Source of the DNA: a virus
Taxonomy: Duplodnaviria; Heunggongvirae; Uroviricota; Caudoviricetes
Length of the DNA stretch: 64,000 bases
Virus record (IMG/VR): IMGVR_UViG_2778261087_000003
Direction: 5' to 3' (one strand)
In this document: positions 19,495-29,710 of the stretch, piece by piece
Layout: each line of letters starts with the position of its first letter
Numbering within the stretch: position 1 is the stretch's first letter
Translations under genes and position numbers: made by a program
The notes under the pieces: model-generated
Seen by the model: only the letters and a program-made list of their open reading frames with translations
What the model was told of the DNA's origin: nothing
Database searches by the model: none

Positions 19495-19948
19495 TGCTGT
19501 TTATGATGCTGTCAGTGCATGGGGTAGAAAGCTGGGCATCTCCAGCAATTTTCATGACCTCAACATCTGCATATCGAATACCGAGGTGTATCAGACCGGC
19601 TATACCTGACTTAAGCCGAGCATTTTCCATAAACAGATCCTTTGCCCGCTGTTTTTCTGCCTCAAGCTCAACGCGCAACTTCCCTACCGTTAGCGCAATA
19701 TCCTCGTTCTCCTGGTCGCGGGATTTGATGTATTGCTGGTTTCTTTCCCGTTCATCCAGTAGTGCCAGCACGGTTTCTGGTCCGGCCAGAAATTTGAAGG
19801 CGTTGAGCGCATCAATATCCACACCGTAATCTTTAAGTTCCTGTTCGCTTATCAGATCATCATCAACTGGCAACATTAACAGGCGTTCCATTGCCGGAAT
19901 TGCACGTTCTGCCGCCTCACGCAGTGCCTGATAGTTAATTTTGGTCAT
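19463..19948 (-). CDS. hypothetical coiled-coil protein
   Basis: 161 aa; N-terminus (INYQALREAAERA) resembles that of 21264..21974. Confidence 0.5.
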   Translation of the reverse strand: MTKINYQALREAAERAIPAMERLLMLPVDDDLISEQELKDYGVDIDALNAFKFLAGPETVLALLDERERNQQYIKSRDQENEDIALTVGKLRVELEAEKQRAKDLFMENARLKSGIAGLIHLGIRYADVEVMKIAGDAQLSTPCTDSIINSIATGIRIKGE

Positions 19949-19949
19949 A

Positions 19950-20249
19950 TCACATCACCCTGAAGCCGTTGCATTTACGTAAAAAATCGCAGATATAGCC
20001 CTTCATTTTTTCATGCCAATCTCGATCATTCCCATTGCACCACCCATCAGGTGGAGTCCAGTTTTCTATCAGAGCAGCCATTTTCTTTGCTTTCGCCGGA
20101 GTAGCTGTTGCGGTATCGCAGTAATGACGAGTGTCAACCAACGTATCCATACCATCGATATCAAGTACGCAAAACCATGTGTGATTCGGCATTTCAACAG
20201 ATGGTATTTGTTGCCCACGTCGACGTTTATCAATAAGACATACAGTCAC
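19950..20249 (-). CDS. hypothetical protein
   Basis: 99-aa ORF, tightly packed in the operon. Confidence 0.45.
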   Translation of the reverse strand: MTVCLIDKRRRGQQIPSVEMPNHTWFCVLDIDGMDTLVDTRHYCDTATATPAKAKKMAALIENWTPPDGWCNGNDRDWHEKMKGYICDFLRKCNGFRVM

Positions 20250-20980
20250 TGGTTGCCTCCTTTGCGAAGCTGGGCAGCAAAGTCAACTAACCACTCAGTC
20301 ATTTCAACCTTCCCTACCAGGTCTGAACCAGGGTGCATACAGCAATCACTCTGCGCCGCTTTGAAATCCTTATACTCATATTCTTGGGCCACCAGATTTT
20401 TTGCAGCTTCTATAGCAGCATCCACCCCCTGCGCCCGGACTTCAGCCAAGAAAGCGTCGGTGGCTGACATATTTCCTGTTGCCTTCATGGCCTTCAAAAT
20501 AACCAGAACGCCATCTCGCCCAACCACCTCAGCGATAACCTCGGTGTTGTCGCCAACAACATCGCAGAATGCCTGAAATGCCTTACGAGCCAGCTCATTC
20601 TCCACTGCCAGCGCCGTGCGATTACCCTCCAGCTCTGCAATGCGCTGTTTTGCGGCATCCAGTTCAATCGACAATTTTTCCAACTGCTCTTGATGCTTCT
20701 TGTATTCCTGATATGCGTGCCAAGACTGACCTTTGCGCACACTATCAGTGATATCAGTAATCTGTTCTGGTGTTAGCGTGGTCAGTGGCTGTGATGGGAA
20801 AATAAGCACTTTCCCGGAATCCCAATCAAAACCAGCGTGAATTGACTGAACCTCAACTGAAGGTGTTGAACCAATGCTGCCAGGCGAATGAACAACGATT
20901 GTTACATCCATATCGCGACGATGGCTGTGGTTGTTGGACAAAATACGATTCACCAACTCAGAAAATTTGGAAATTTTCAT
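20246..20980 (-). CDS. hypothetical protein, paralogue of 21264..21974
   Basis: 244 aa; shares the TDAFLAE(V/I)RA... block and the ...LRKGxxQ C-terminus with the 236-aa ORF. Confidence 0.55.
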   Translation of the reverse strand: MKISKFSELVNRILSNNHSHRRDMDVTIVVHSPGSIGSTPSVEVQSIHAGFDWDSGKVLIFPSQPLTTLTPEQITDITDSVRKGQSWHAYQEYKKHQEQLEKLSIELDAAKQRIAELEGNRTALAVENELARKAFQAFCDVVGDNTEVIAEVVGRDGVLVILKAMKATGNMSATDAFLAEVRAQGVDAAIEAAKNLVAQEYEYKDFKAAQSDCCMHPGSDLVGKVEMTEWLVDFAAQLRKGGNQ

Positions 20981-21300
20981 GCTGATTCCCCTTTCTCTGC
21001 TCTCTCCTGTCGGAACATCACTATCATCAGGTCGCCTTTTGTCGCTATCCTGGCTGTTGTACCTGGTTCAATGCGGCTAAGCTCAAATGCGTCATAGAAC
21101 GCTTCTAATGCCTTCTGGCGTAGTTCCTGTTTGCGCCGTTTTTTCCACTGTTTTAGGAAAATGGAACCCAGCCATCGCCATGTGCGGGACATGATGTAAA
21201 GCCAACCGAGAAGTGCCAGACCGGTATTTAGGAGCGTATCGATCGTTATTGTCGTGTCGATATTCACTGGCTGCTTCCTTTGCGAATCTGTTCCGCCCAT
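20977..21300 (-). CDS. hypothetical small membrane protein
   Basis: 107-aa ORF with one hydrophobic segment; overlaps the neighbouring ORF by 37 nt, so uncertain. Confidence 0.35.
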   Translation of the reverse strand: MGGTDSQRKQPVNIDTTITIDTLLNTGLALLGWLYIMSRTWRWLGSIFLKQWKKRRKQELRQKALEAFYDAFELSRIEPGTTARIATKGDLMIVMFRQERAEKGESA

Positions 21301-21974
21301 TCTTCAAGGGATTTCTCCGCATATTCACCAGACAGGCCATCAATCGGATGCGCTTCATTAGCCAACTCTTCTTTCGCTGACAAAATCATGCGTGTAACGT
21401 CGAAAACTTCACGCAAAGACTTATTGATAAATCCGTGATTGAACGCAGCAGCAAGACGGCTGGCGGTATAGTTAATCCCCTCGTTGCGTGCTTCCGCACG
21501 AATTTCAGCCAGAAAAGCATCGGTAGCTGGAGTTTCGCTGTGGTGCAGGGCATCGTTGATAATCATTGCAGCAACTCCGGCCTGCCCTGCATCCGTGACC
21601 GACACATGATCAAGAGTTACAGCCATTGCGAGTTTCAGCCCGGCGTTCTCTGCCACCAGAGCCGCGAGCTTAGTCTCAAGCGGTGCTATTCGGCACATAG
21701 CATCAATATTTGTGTCCTCCAGGCGCTTAATTTCGCCCAGGAGTGCCAGCGCAACTTTTGGTGGGATAGCCGCGATATAACGGGCATTAGCACCAGCATT
21801 CCTTTGCCCATCAATGCCAGGCCAGTCAATAAAGTATCCGCAATGCCTACCCTCAGACGTGCGCGCAGGATAAATGCCGTTATGACCCGGCAAAATATAT
21901 GCTACCCATTCATCTTGCGTTGCCTGTTCCGCCGCCTCGCGCAGTTCTTGATAGTCAATTGTCATTCTCGCCAT
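21264..21974 (-). CDS. hypothetical protein, paralogue of 20246..20980
   Basis: 236 aa; shared internal block and C-terminus. Confidence 0.55.
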   Translation of the reverse strand: MARMTIDYQELREAAEQATQDEWVAYILPGHNGIYPARTSEGRHCGYFIDWPGIDGQRNAGANARYIAAIPPKVALALLGEIKRLEDTNIDAMCRIAPLETKLAALVAENAGLKLAMAVTLDHVSVTDAGQAGVAAMIINDALHHSETPATDAFLAEIRAEARNEGINYTASRLAAAFNHGFINKSLREVFDVTRMILSAKEELANEAHPIDGLSGEYAEKSLEEWAEQIRKGSSQ

Positions 21975-22606
21975 CCTTCACAGTTGTAATCACGACAGCC
22001 TTCAAAATCATATGGGCTGTACTGCCAGGTGATTTTTCCGCAATGCGGACAATTCCAACGCACCTTCCCGCTTCGCGACTTCTTTCTTCTGTTCTGCTTT
22101 TTCAACCAGTCAGGCATGATCAAACCTGCGCCCTGAACCATTGTTCTGCGGTTAAAGTTATTGATATTGAACGTCCGGCGCTTTGCTGCATCAGCAATGG
22201 AAAATGGCAACCAAACTATTCCTGGTTCGTTTTTGTTGGCGACGCTAAAGATGGTCGCTTTACTGAAGTCATCTGTTGGCAATCCACCGTGTTGAAGCCA
22301 GTAAACATCGTTGCCGTTCCAGCTACCTTTTTTGTAGGCCACATACGCAGTGCAATCTGACTCAATCAGGCTTTCTGTAGGGATGTACTGGCAATCAACG
22401 TGCCACACAGCCATTGCATCCACACTATCGGCACAAACAGGCTGATCGATATCTCGCCCACAATTCCAGGCTTTTTGGGCTTCTTCCAGCGTGTAAACAT
22501 GAGCGCGATCGATATCAGAACTGTAACCATTGCCGTTATGGCAATGGAATGAGGCGTTATTACCCACAGTTTCACGCAAGCACATCATGTAAAAACGGTT
22601 ACTCAC
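21962..22606 (-). CDS. hypothetical Cys-rich protein
   Basis: 214 aa; C-terminal CPHCG...C...C cluster. Confidence 0.5.
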   Translation of the reverse strand: MSNRFYMMCLRETVGNNASFHCHNGNGYSSDIDRAHVYTLEEAQKAWNCGRDIDQPVCADSVDAMAVWHVDCQYIPTESLIESDCTAYVAYKKGSWNGNDVYWLQHGGLPTDDFSKATIFSVANKNEPGIVWLPFSIADAAKRRTFNINNFNRRTMVQGAGLIMPDWLKKQNRRKKSRSGKVRWNCPHCGKITWQYSPYDFEGCRDYNCEGWRE

Positions 22607-22814
22607 TGGATGCCTCCCAGCAAATTTGTCTTATATAAGAACTGTTAACGCGCTTTACTTTCCCGTCGAACTCCAGTTTCTTTAGACGACGCAAAACGTA
22701 TGCCGTTTTGAGTGTGCGATATTTATCCCTAAGCCAGTTGGTCACGACGTAAGTCATACAGCGCCCGTGTTCTTCCAACACCCGAACTATTTCTTCGTCG
22801 GTTGGCTTGCTCAT
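22599..22814 (-). CDS. hypothetical small protein, possible winged-helix DNA-binding
   Basis: 71 aa, basic, operon context. Confidence 0.4.
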   Translation of the reverse strand: MSKPTDEEIVRVLEEHGRCMTYVVTNWLRDKYRTLKTAYVLRRLKKLEFDGKVKRVNSSYIRQICWEASSE

Positions 22815-23032
22815 TTTGTCGCTCCTTCAGCTTTCTCTACTTTCGCTGCCATGATTTCCAGCTTTTGTGCTGCCGATGCCGCTAACCTGTGAAATTCTTC
22901 ATCTGTTTCAACTGGAATTGGTACAAACCTGACACCAATTTGAGCAAGGCTATGCGCCATTTCGAGACTTGCTCTTAACTCTGCTGGGGATGCTTTATTC
23001 AGGCCGACTTCCTCACAAATAACTGATTGCAT
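22811..23032 (-). CDS. hypothetical small protein
   Basis: 73-aa ORF with 4-nt overlap to the downstream gene. Confidence 0.4.
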   Translation of the reverse strand: MQSVICEEVGLNKASPAELRASLEMAHSLAQIGVRFVPIPVETDEEFHRLAASAAQKLEIMAAKVEKAEGATK

Positions 23033-23041
23033 ACGCTCGCC

Positions 23042-23767
23042 CTACTGAATACGCTCAAACTCGATTACCCAAACCCAGGGATTAGCGCTCCAGCTTTCTT
23101 CGCCGTAGATGGATTCCCACAGGCGCTGGAACGCAACCTTGGCCATTGCGAAATCCCCCTTGGGAGTAAGGAATGTTCCCGGGTGATCAGGAAGCAAACT
23201 TCCAGCAGGCGGAACACCCTCATCCCTTGCATCGCATTCGCTGATATCGTTCAACCGCTCAACGCGCACGTTGGTAATTTCCACCAGGATGCGTGATGCC
23301 CATCGCGGCATGTGAATTGATGGACGCCACCCACCATCAAACTTTTCATTCACAGTGTGAGGTTTCCAGTCGGCATCATCGGGTATCGACCATAAACCGT
23401 AATCACCAGGCTTTTGCTCACAACTGGCCCGATAAATCCTTGCTGCGTTCTTCTCATCGCCACGACAAAGGTTGTCGTTCCAGTCCACACTGCAACCATC
23501 TTCATTGCCTAATATCGCCCATGTTTCACGAACCCAAATTCGATCGCCGACGATACCAAAGGGGCAATTGAAAACACTGCTTACACCATCAGCCCCGTAC
23601 CACTGAAAACCTGCACCAATTTTTCTAACCATCACTGGTGCTTCTGGACCAACTTCCGCAGGCTGATTTTTCATTATCCGCCGCGTCTGCGTTTTCCTTC
23701 CTTCGAGGATGGCCCGGACCATCTCATCGTTAAAAATCATGCCGCGCTCTTTCACTTCGCCTTTCAT
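23042..23767 (-). CDS. hypothetical protein with N-terminal ASCH-like motif
   Basis: 241 aa; MVRAILEGRKTQTRR motif; first gene after a C1 operator. Confidence 0.5.
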   Translation of the reverse strand: MKGEVKERGMIFNDEMVRAILEGRKTQTRRIMKNQPAEVGPEAPVMVRKIGAGFQWYGADGVSSVFNCPFGIVGDRIWVRETWAILGNEDGCSVDWNDNLCRGDEKNAARIYRASCEQKPGDYGLWSIPDDADWKPHTVNEKFDGGWRPSIHMPRWASRILVEITNVRVERLNDISECDARDEGVPPAGSLLPDHPGTFLTPKGDFAMAKVAFQRLWESIYGEESWSANPWVWVIEFERIQ

Positions 23768-23945
23768 GCATCCCCCTTACCCATGTGCGACGATGCCGCC
23801 AAAAGTGATAGAGAACAGCCAGAAATAGATCGCGGCCATAATGATTTTGAATGCCGTGTTCATATTTTCAGCTCCTGTGATTGATTGGATACATGCCGCG
23901 CCTTGCGGCATGTTTTTATTTTCACTTTCTCTGTTTTAAAAATCA

Positions 23946-23962
23946 ATATTTATTAGAGCAAT
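23946..23962. promoter_or_regulatory. C1 operator
   Basis: Minus-strand reading ATTGCTCTAATAAATAT, upstream of the gene starting at 23767. Confidence 0.55.
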
Positions 23963-24468
23963 TATTGTTGATGGAGAAGCGCGTTTTCATACTCCCTGAC
24001 CATTAACGTAAGCACGCCGTGCCTCCTGAAAACACGCGCCACTTCAATCTTATCTTCCAGCGCGAACGCAATTTTACTTAGACCAATTTTCTTCAGGAGA
24101 TCAATCTTTGCTGGGCCGTCATTTCTGTCATCGGTGGCAGGACGCATAGATAGCAAAGGCTCAGCCCCATTTGTTACGTGCTTACGCAACCAAGCTCGTG
24201 TTTTATCCCTGGCTATCTCACAGCGCCCGGTTACAAACCAGAGCGTGTAAATGCTGGACAACTGGCGCACCATATCAATAACTGGAGTGATGGGAGCATC
24301 AGTGTCACAGGCAAGGTTAAACTCGTTCCAGTGCTCTGTTAATGCACCTTTGCCAGGTGGTGGAAGTAAATGCAGCCTGTCTTCCGTTGCCTCTGATATC
24401 GTTCCATCAATATCTACTATGACGATGTACGGACGTTCCTGGTGTGCGTGTTTATTGAAAATACTCAA
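23962..24468 (-). CDS. HAD-superfamily phosphatase-like protein
   Basis: 168 aa; N-terminal DIDGT motif typical of HAD hydrolases. Confidence 0.6.
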   Translation of the reverse strand: MSIFNKHAHQERPYIVIVDIDGTISEATEDRLHLLPPPGKGALTEHWNEFNLACDTDAPITPVIDMVRQLSSIYTLWFVTGRCEIARDKTRAWLRKHVTNGAEPLLSMRPATDDRNDGPAKIDLLKKIGLSKIAFALEDKIEVARVFRRHGVLTLMVREYENALLHQQ

Positions 24469-24540
24469 ATGCCCTCCTCATTGGACGAAAAAAATGCTGG
24501 TGGGCGCACTCCACCAGCATTAAAAGTGACACTGTAACTA

Positions 24541-25803
24541 TCAGCGAACGTAAATAGTGCCGCCGTTCTCTTTTTCCCATGCATCGCTACGTGCATAGCA
24601 AACATCGAGAAGTCTTCTTGCCGCAGTTTCCTCTAAACCCAATTCGACAACCAACTGCTCATGACGGCGGGTAACCACATCAAACAGGGTATGCAGCCCT
24701 TTAGTTGCCAGATCATCAATGAATTCCGGTTCGAACGGCAGCTCTGCATCTGCCAACATAACCTCTTGCGCCCACTCAACTCGACGGACCAGTTCCGGGC
24801 GGCGGCTTTCCATCTCTTTACAGATCAATTCATGGAAGAACTCTACCCAACCTTCCGGCTGGAACTCGCGGAAAATTGCCAACGGCTGGAAGTTTGGCAT
24901 CAACCATTCGTTGATTCGGATATCAATGGCATAGCCCATGTCGCAGCAGAACTGATAAGCAAAGTCCAGCTTAGAAACGATATAAGGACGCTCGTTATTG
25001 AACTCTTTAGGCGATGAGATCCCATAAGCCAGGAGGCGCGGGAAGAAGGAGATTTGCCCTAACGTCGGATGAAGTTTGCTTGCAGGGAAACGGCGCTCAG
25101 TAATGCCATACATTTCCTTCTTGAGCGTCGCAAATTTGGCATTCTCATTAACCAGCGCGGTAACCTCTGCTTTTTTATTAGCAAATGCCACGCGCGCCTC
25201 GCTTGCATCTTTAATAGTTTTTTTGAGCTGTTGGTTAAGGTCGGCGACCTGCTTACGCAGTTCCTGTCGCTCGCTTTTAGCTTTGTTATAGCGTTTCTCA
25301 AGGTTAAAAGGATCAAGTTTCATGATCTCTTTATATTGAGATTTTAGCGTTGAAATCTGTGAGTTCCGCAGTTCAACCATCGCGGTCATTTCATTGAGTT
25401 TTGTTTCCAGCTCAATGCTTATACGTTCGGCATTATCAGCACGCTGGTTGGCGTCATGCGTCGCATCGTCGATCGCGTCCTGTTGCTGGCGTTTCAAATG
25501 TTCAATTTGCAGCTGAAGCTCTTCAATTTCTTTACCCTTCAGACCAAGATCCAACTGCATATTTTCAGCTGCATCTACCAGGGAGTTATGGCTATCAGCT
25601 TCTGCGTTATAAACATCAATAAGCTGTGCGTGAAGCATCTCCGCTGACTGAACCGCATTATCAAAAAAACGCGCTGTGAGGTCATCACAACTAACGCGGC
25701 GTTGCGCGGCCCGGATGTTCTGGATAATGGCCGGGATACCGGCATTCAGGACGTCAGGGATAGATACATTTTCGATTGATTGGTTTTGTGCTGAAGTGCT
25801 CAT
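24541..25803 (-). CDS. hypothetical protein with N-terminal coiled coil
   Basis: 420-aa ORF; extended heptad-rich region aa ~80-220; no catalytic motif recognised. Confidence 0.55.
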   Translation of the reverse strand: MSTSAQNQSIENVSIPDVLNAGIPAIIQNIRAAQRRVSCDDLTARFFDNAVQSAEMLHAQLIDVYNAEADSHNSLVDAAENMQLDLGLKGKEIEELQLQIEHLKRQQQDAIDDATHDANQRADNAERISIELETKLNEMTAMVELRNSQISTLKSQYKEIMKLDPFNLEKRYNKAKSERQELRKQVADLNQQLKKTIKDASEARVAFANKKAEVTALVNENAKFATLKKEMYGITERRFPASKLHPTLGQISFFPRLLAYGISSPKEFNNERPYIVSKLDFAYQFCCDMGYAIDIRINEWLMPNFQPLAIFREFQPEGWVEFFHELICKEMESRRPELVRRVEWAQEVMLADAELPFEPEFIDDLATKGLHTLFDVVTRRHEQLVVELGLEETAARRLLDVCYARSDAWEKENGGTIYVR

Positions 25804-25804
25804 T

Positions 25805-26023
25805 TCAAAGTTCCGTATTAGCTTGTGCTTCGGTCATTTTTCCTAAGTATGAAGGAGGAAGGACTACGCAATTTGTATCCAGTCCCTCACCTATGGCAGC
25901 CTGTAAAATTCTGGCTAAGGTGAGTCTCTTGTTGCGATACCTGGTGATGACATGCCTGATACCGCCGGTCGGCGTAACAAAGGCGATCAGCCAGTAGTGA
26001 TATTTCCGTCGGAATGGCCACAT
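25805..26023 (-). CDS. hypothetical small protein
   Basis: 72-aa ORF directly downstream of paired C1 operators. Confidence 0.4.
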   Translation of the reverse strand: MWPFRRKYHYWLIAFVTPTGGIRHVITRYRNKRLTLARILQAAIGEGLDTNCVVLPPSYLGKMTEAQANTEL

Positions 26024-26037
26024 AGCGCACCTTGTAG

Positions 26038-26103
26038 ATTGCTCTAATAAAAAACGTGATGAGTGTACATCACGTTTTAAAAATATGGAATTATTAGAGC
26101 AAT
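26038..26103. promoter_or_regulatory. pair of C1 operator 17-mers flanking a short inverted repeat
   Basis: ATTGCTCTAATAAAAAA (plus, 26038-26054) and ATTGCTCTAATAATTCC (minus, 26087-26103) either side of cgtgatg...atcacg. Confidence 0.55.
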
Positions 26104-26104
26104 A

Positions 26105-26806
26105 TTATTCTGATTCTCGCTCAAAAAATGAGCTGATAAGGGGAAGCCAATCCTCTGACACTTCGCGAGGTCGCGGTTTGCCGTGGAAAAAGATTATTCG
26201 GCAGTCTTTTGGTAATGCCCCATTCCCCCTGGAGTAACGCGCGCTCGCATATTTTGAACCAGGTTCCACAACATCGGCCTTGTAACTTACAAACCATCCT
26301 GGATACAGATCCTGAAATGCTGGTGTATCATCGCCCATAACCTTTCGTAAGAACCCCTGGTCACCCCAACACTCAGTAGTGACACAACGAGAAATCCAAC
26401 CTTCCGGATCTTGCCAGAATGAACTCCAGATATGCGCTTTAACACTATTTGGTATCCACAGGGCACCGCTGCCACGATATTGTGGATGGTAAAAATCCCT
26501 AAGCATGGTGAAGCTGGTTGGTGGATGCTCTAGGATTGGGCGTATATCACCGGCAATAACCGTGTCCAAATCCAGATAGAACAGATCATCGGTTATATCC
26601 GGTCGGAACAACTCGATTTTCGCCCACCAGCCACGGCACTTTTGCCACTGGTTGATCAATGGGACAACTTTGACGCCAGGTACATGTAAACGCTTCAGGT
26701 CTGTCAGGCAAATAATTTCATAGCCTTTTGGCAGTTGATTAACCAGCCACTGCACATCGGAAGCGTTATAGTCACCACCAGAGCGAAAAACTAAAGCAAT
26801 CTTCAT
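26105..26806 (-). CDS. putative glycosyltransferase-like protein (DxD motif)
   Basis: 233 aa; YLDLDTV motif in a predicted GT-A-like context; weak, motif-based. Confidence 0.45.
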   Translation of the reverse strand: MKIALVFRSGGDYNASDVQWLVNQLPKGYEIICLTDLKRLHVPGVKVVPLINQWQKCRGWWAKIELFRPDITDDLFYLDLDTVIAGDIRPILEHPPTSFTMLRDFYHPQYRGSGALWIPNSVKAHIWSSFWQDPEGWISRCVTTECWGDQGFLRKVMGDDTPAFQDLYPGWFVSYKADVVEPGSKYASARYSRGNGALPKDCRIIFFHGKPRPREVSEDWLPLISSFFERESE

Positions 26807-27495
26807 GCTGCACCATCACCTTTCACTTTCATCAATGTCAGGTTTCCGCAAAATACGGCACCAGTGTCGATATACTGCTGATTCCAGAATGTCTTCGGGC
26901 TTTTCACCGGAGTGTGACCAAAGATAAAACGATCTGCGCCCGAAATTTCGCCACCAATATCATCCATCGAATCACTGATACGCTCGCGCGCCCAGACAAC
27001 GTTGAAAAGCGGCACCTCCTTACCGAATTGGTATTCATTATCCGGATAGTCGGCATGGGCTATAACGATAGTTTCTTGCCCGGTGTTCAACTCAATGATA
27101 TAGGGCAGACGCTTTACCAGCTCCACCAGCGCCCTGGCTAATATTTCCTGATCAGTGTCCAGCATGAAGAACCATTGTCCGCCATTCATTAGCCAGTTAT
27201 TCACGTTGCCATCAGGACTTAACGCATCGAGCATCAACCGCTCATGGTTCCCCATCACTGCCCTGAACCAGGGCATCTGCAATAGTTCCAGACATTCGAC
27301 ATTTTCAGTACCGCGATCGATAAGGTCGCCGACCGATATCAGTAAATCCTGCGCCGGGTCAAAATCCACACGATGGAGTTCGGACATCAGTCTGGTGTAG
27401 CAACCATGCAGATCACCAACAACCCAGACATTCCTGTATTTGGTACCGTCGATACGGTGATAAATTGTGGGTGCCATCATGTATTCTTCAGCCAT
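26803..27495 (-). CDS. ppp: Ser/Thr protein phosphatase (lambda-phosphatase-like metallophosphoesterase)
   Basis: 230 aa; GDLHG, GDLIDRG and GNHE motifs. Confidence 0.85.
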   Translation of the reverse strand: MAEEYMMAPTIYHRIDGTKYRNVWVVGDLHGCYTRLMSELHRVDFDPAQDLLISVGDLIDRGTENVECLELLQMPWFRAVMGNHERLMLDALSPDGNVNNWLMNGGQWFFMLDTDQEILARALVELVKRLPYIIELNTGQETIVIAHADYPDNEYQFGKEVPLFNVVWARERISDSMDDIGGEISGADRFIFGHTPVKSPKTFWNQQYIDTGAVFCGNLTLMKVKGDGAA

Positions 27496-28103
27496 TCTTT
27501 AAGAGTCATCTGCGGAATACCTCCCATTTTCCCGCATGAAACAACGTCAATCTGTTCACGCGCAGACTGGAATAACAAAGGCAGGTGACTTAGATTTTTT
27601 GGCGTGCCGCCGGAGTGAACGCGTAGTTCTTGCGTAGCGTCAACGCCCACCAGAGCTACATGTTTGAATCCGATATGGAAAGCCAGGTTCAGAGCACCAT
27701 ATGCACTATTGCCGCTGGCAATTTCATTCTCATCTTCGCAAAGGCCGAAATGTGCGGACCAGCGCCACGCCCACCACTCGGGAGAATTCGTATTTTTTGG
27801 CTCCATGCCGCGTTCAGCCACACGACGGAAGCACAGAACGCCATCTCTGACTTCACGTTCTTTAACATCGGGTAGTGCCATGCAATAACAAACACCACGG
27901 CGACGGCGGCCACGACCAACGCGCCGCATATTGTCTGGCGATGGATCAAGTGTGAAAAAATAAGAAGCGCGGTTAAGCCAGTCGATGGCCCCATTGACCG
28001 CTATAATCGGCACTCCGCGCGGCGCAACAAAGTTTGCGGCGCTTGGGCCACTGCCGACGATAATAACGCGATCACTGCCTCTAAATTTATTCTTGGGAAA
28101 CAT
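27477..28103 (-). CDS. hypothetical protein with Rossmann-like GSGPS loop (MptE/DUF115-like?), paralogue of 28001..28663
   Basis: 208 aa; [10 protein letters not shown]...IIAVNGA pattern shared with the upstream ORF. Confidence 0.5.
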   Translation of the reverse strand: MFPKNKFRGSDRVIIVGSGPSAANFVAPRGVPIIAVNGAIDWLNRASYFFTLDPSPDNMRRVGRGRRRRGVCYCMALPDVKEREVRDGVLCFRRVAERGMEPKNTNSPEWWAWRWSAHFGLCEDENEIASGNSAYGALNLAFHIGFKHVALVGVDATQELRVHSGGTPKNLSHLPLLFQSAREQIDVVSCGKMGGIPQMTLKEWLKNT

Positions 28104-28663
28104 TGAATTGCACTGTTCCTACTTGCATTCAAAATATGTAAATCTGCGTGTTTTTTGCGGGTATCCAGGAACTGCTGTTGCCATTTTGAAATAGACACCT
28201 GCGTTGGATTCCGTAGGGCTTGAGGATGCGCGCCATGCCAATGAAGGCCGTTTTGCAGAGAACAGTCATAGCCGACTAATACAACTACTTCAGCCCCTGA
28301 TTCAGCAGCCAGACTGATAGCCTGCGCGCCGCTATTTACCCCTTCCGCCGGTCCACAATATCGCCTGTACTCCAACGAAAATGATTTCGCCGCCGCCAGG
28401 TTGGCTGTCACTTTGCGGAATCTCCCTCCCGGTATGGTGGATCCGTATTGCTTCCACCATGACGAATCACCGGCGTATAAGGCATAAATGTCATCGAACA
28501 TCTGCCAGGAATTGTTAACCGCGATGATTGAACAGCCAGTTTTTTCTATAGCAGCACAGTCCTCACGAGTGAGTGACGGACCGCTACCGACACAAAAAAC
28601 AGTCCTAGTCGCCCTGGGTGGTATGTTCATTCTCAGCTGCAAATTCAGCCTCCAGGCGAGCAT
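28001..28663 (-). CDS. hypothetical protein with Rossmann-like GSGPS loop, paralogue of 27477..28103
   Basis: 220 aa; FCVGSGPS...IIAVNNS; overlaps the downstream paralogue by 103 nt. Confidence 0.5.
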   Translation of the reverse strand: MLAWRLNLQLRMNIPPRATRTVFCVGSGPSLTREDCAAIEKTGCSIIAVNNSWQMFDDIYALYAGDSSWWKQYGSTIPGGRFRKVTANLAAAKSFSLEYRRYCGPAEGVNSGAQAISLAAESGAEVVVLVGYDCSLQNGLHWHGAHPQALRNPTQVSISKWQQQFLDTRKKHADLHILNASRNSAIQCFPRINLEAVIALLSSAVAQAPQTLLRRAECRL

Positions 28664-28826
28664 TCATTTCAGCGATTACCGGGTCCACTACAGCATCTGC
28701 TTCCTGTTCATTACGCGGCATGATCGATGCCAGCGATTCATAATTAGCCTTGGATGACACGATTATTCTCCCGATGTTAATGTGCGCTGTATCAAAGAAT
28801 ACATATGCACTAATTAATTTATTATT

Positions 28827-29405
28827 TCACGTAGCGTACAACCACTTGTCACCGTTCAATACATGCTCAATAGCCTCACCCTTTTTAAGGCTCATGTATT
28901 CCAGGATGGCGGTTATCGCTTGTTCTGCACCATACGCAAGAACGACGTAGTAACCTTCCTCTCTAAGCCTGCGCATCCAGGCGATCTGCTCTTGCGTCGG
29001 GGCTTTACCATTTGGTTCTTTAAGCTCAATTCGCATGCCGTGATAAATACCGCATGCTTTATCGAGACTCATGTCCGGATAACCTTTTTTCTGCCCTTCA
29101 GCCTTCATTTTCCCGGCGGTTGCTTTTGAACGTTTCCCTCCGTTAGGCGTTGCATGCAACAGCTCATAGATGTCAGGGTGCTTGCGTTCGAAGTAATCAA
29201 AAATGAAAACCTGCTCGAAGTGCTCGCAATTTCCGTCGCGCAGGTCTGGGTTCTTTGCCAGTGCTGCAAGTGCCTTCGCATGTGGAGAAACTTCTTTTAC
29301 CGGCGCAAGCGATAAGAATGGATCCTTTTTGGTTTTTGGCCTGGACCGCCCCTTATTTCGACGCTCACTAAAAGCCTGAAACTCTTCCTCAGTAAAGCGC
29401 AACAT
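28827..29405 (-). CDS. VRR-NUC domain nuclease-like protein
   Basis: 192 aa; GYPDMSL...RIELKEP matches the VRR-NUC PD...ExK arrangement. Confidence 0.55.
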   Translation of the reverse strand: MLRFTEEEFQAFSERRNKGRSRPKTKKDPFLSLAPVKEVSPHAKALAALAKNPDLRDGNCEHFEQVFIFDYFERKHPDIYELLHATPNGGKRSKATAGKMKAEGQKKGYPDMSLDKACGIYHGMRIELKEPNGKAPTQEQIAWMRRLREEGYYVVLAYGAEQAITAILEYMSLKKGEAIEHVLNGDKWLYAT

Positions 29406-29407
29406 AA

Positions 29408-29653
29408 TCAGTCAAATCCTGCCGGTCGCATGCCATATTTACGCTGTTTTGCGGCCTGCTCTTCCCTGTGCCATTGCGCACATTCAGCGTCACAATAAAT
29501 GCCTGATTCAATCGATTCATTGCAGTAACGACACTTCCCTGTAAATACCTGGCTCACGACCTGTGCCTGCTTTCTGATGTTATCGATGGCCATGTCTTTG
29601 AGAGCTTCTAACTGATTCATGCTCAGCTCTGCATCATCAACACGTTCTGCCAA
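29408..29653 (-). CDS. TraR/DksA-type C4 zinc-finger protein
   Basis: 81 aa; CRYC-x12-CDAEC; first gene of the leftward operon. Confidence 0.55.
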   Translation of the reverse strand: MAERVDDAELSMNQLEALKDMAIDNIRKQAQVVSQVFTGKCRYCNESIESGIYCDAECAQWHREEQAAKQRKYGMRPAGFD

Positions 29654-29710
29654 TTTTGTTTCCTCGTGAAGAACCTACTTAAGGGCAGAATGATACATTT
29701 CACAATCAAA

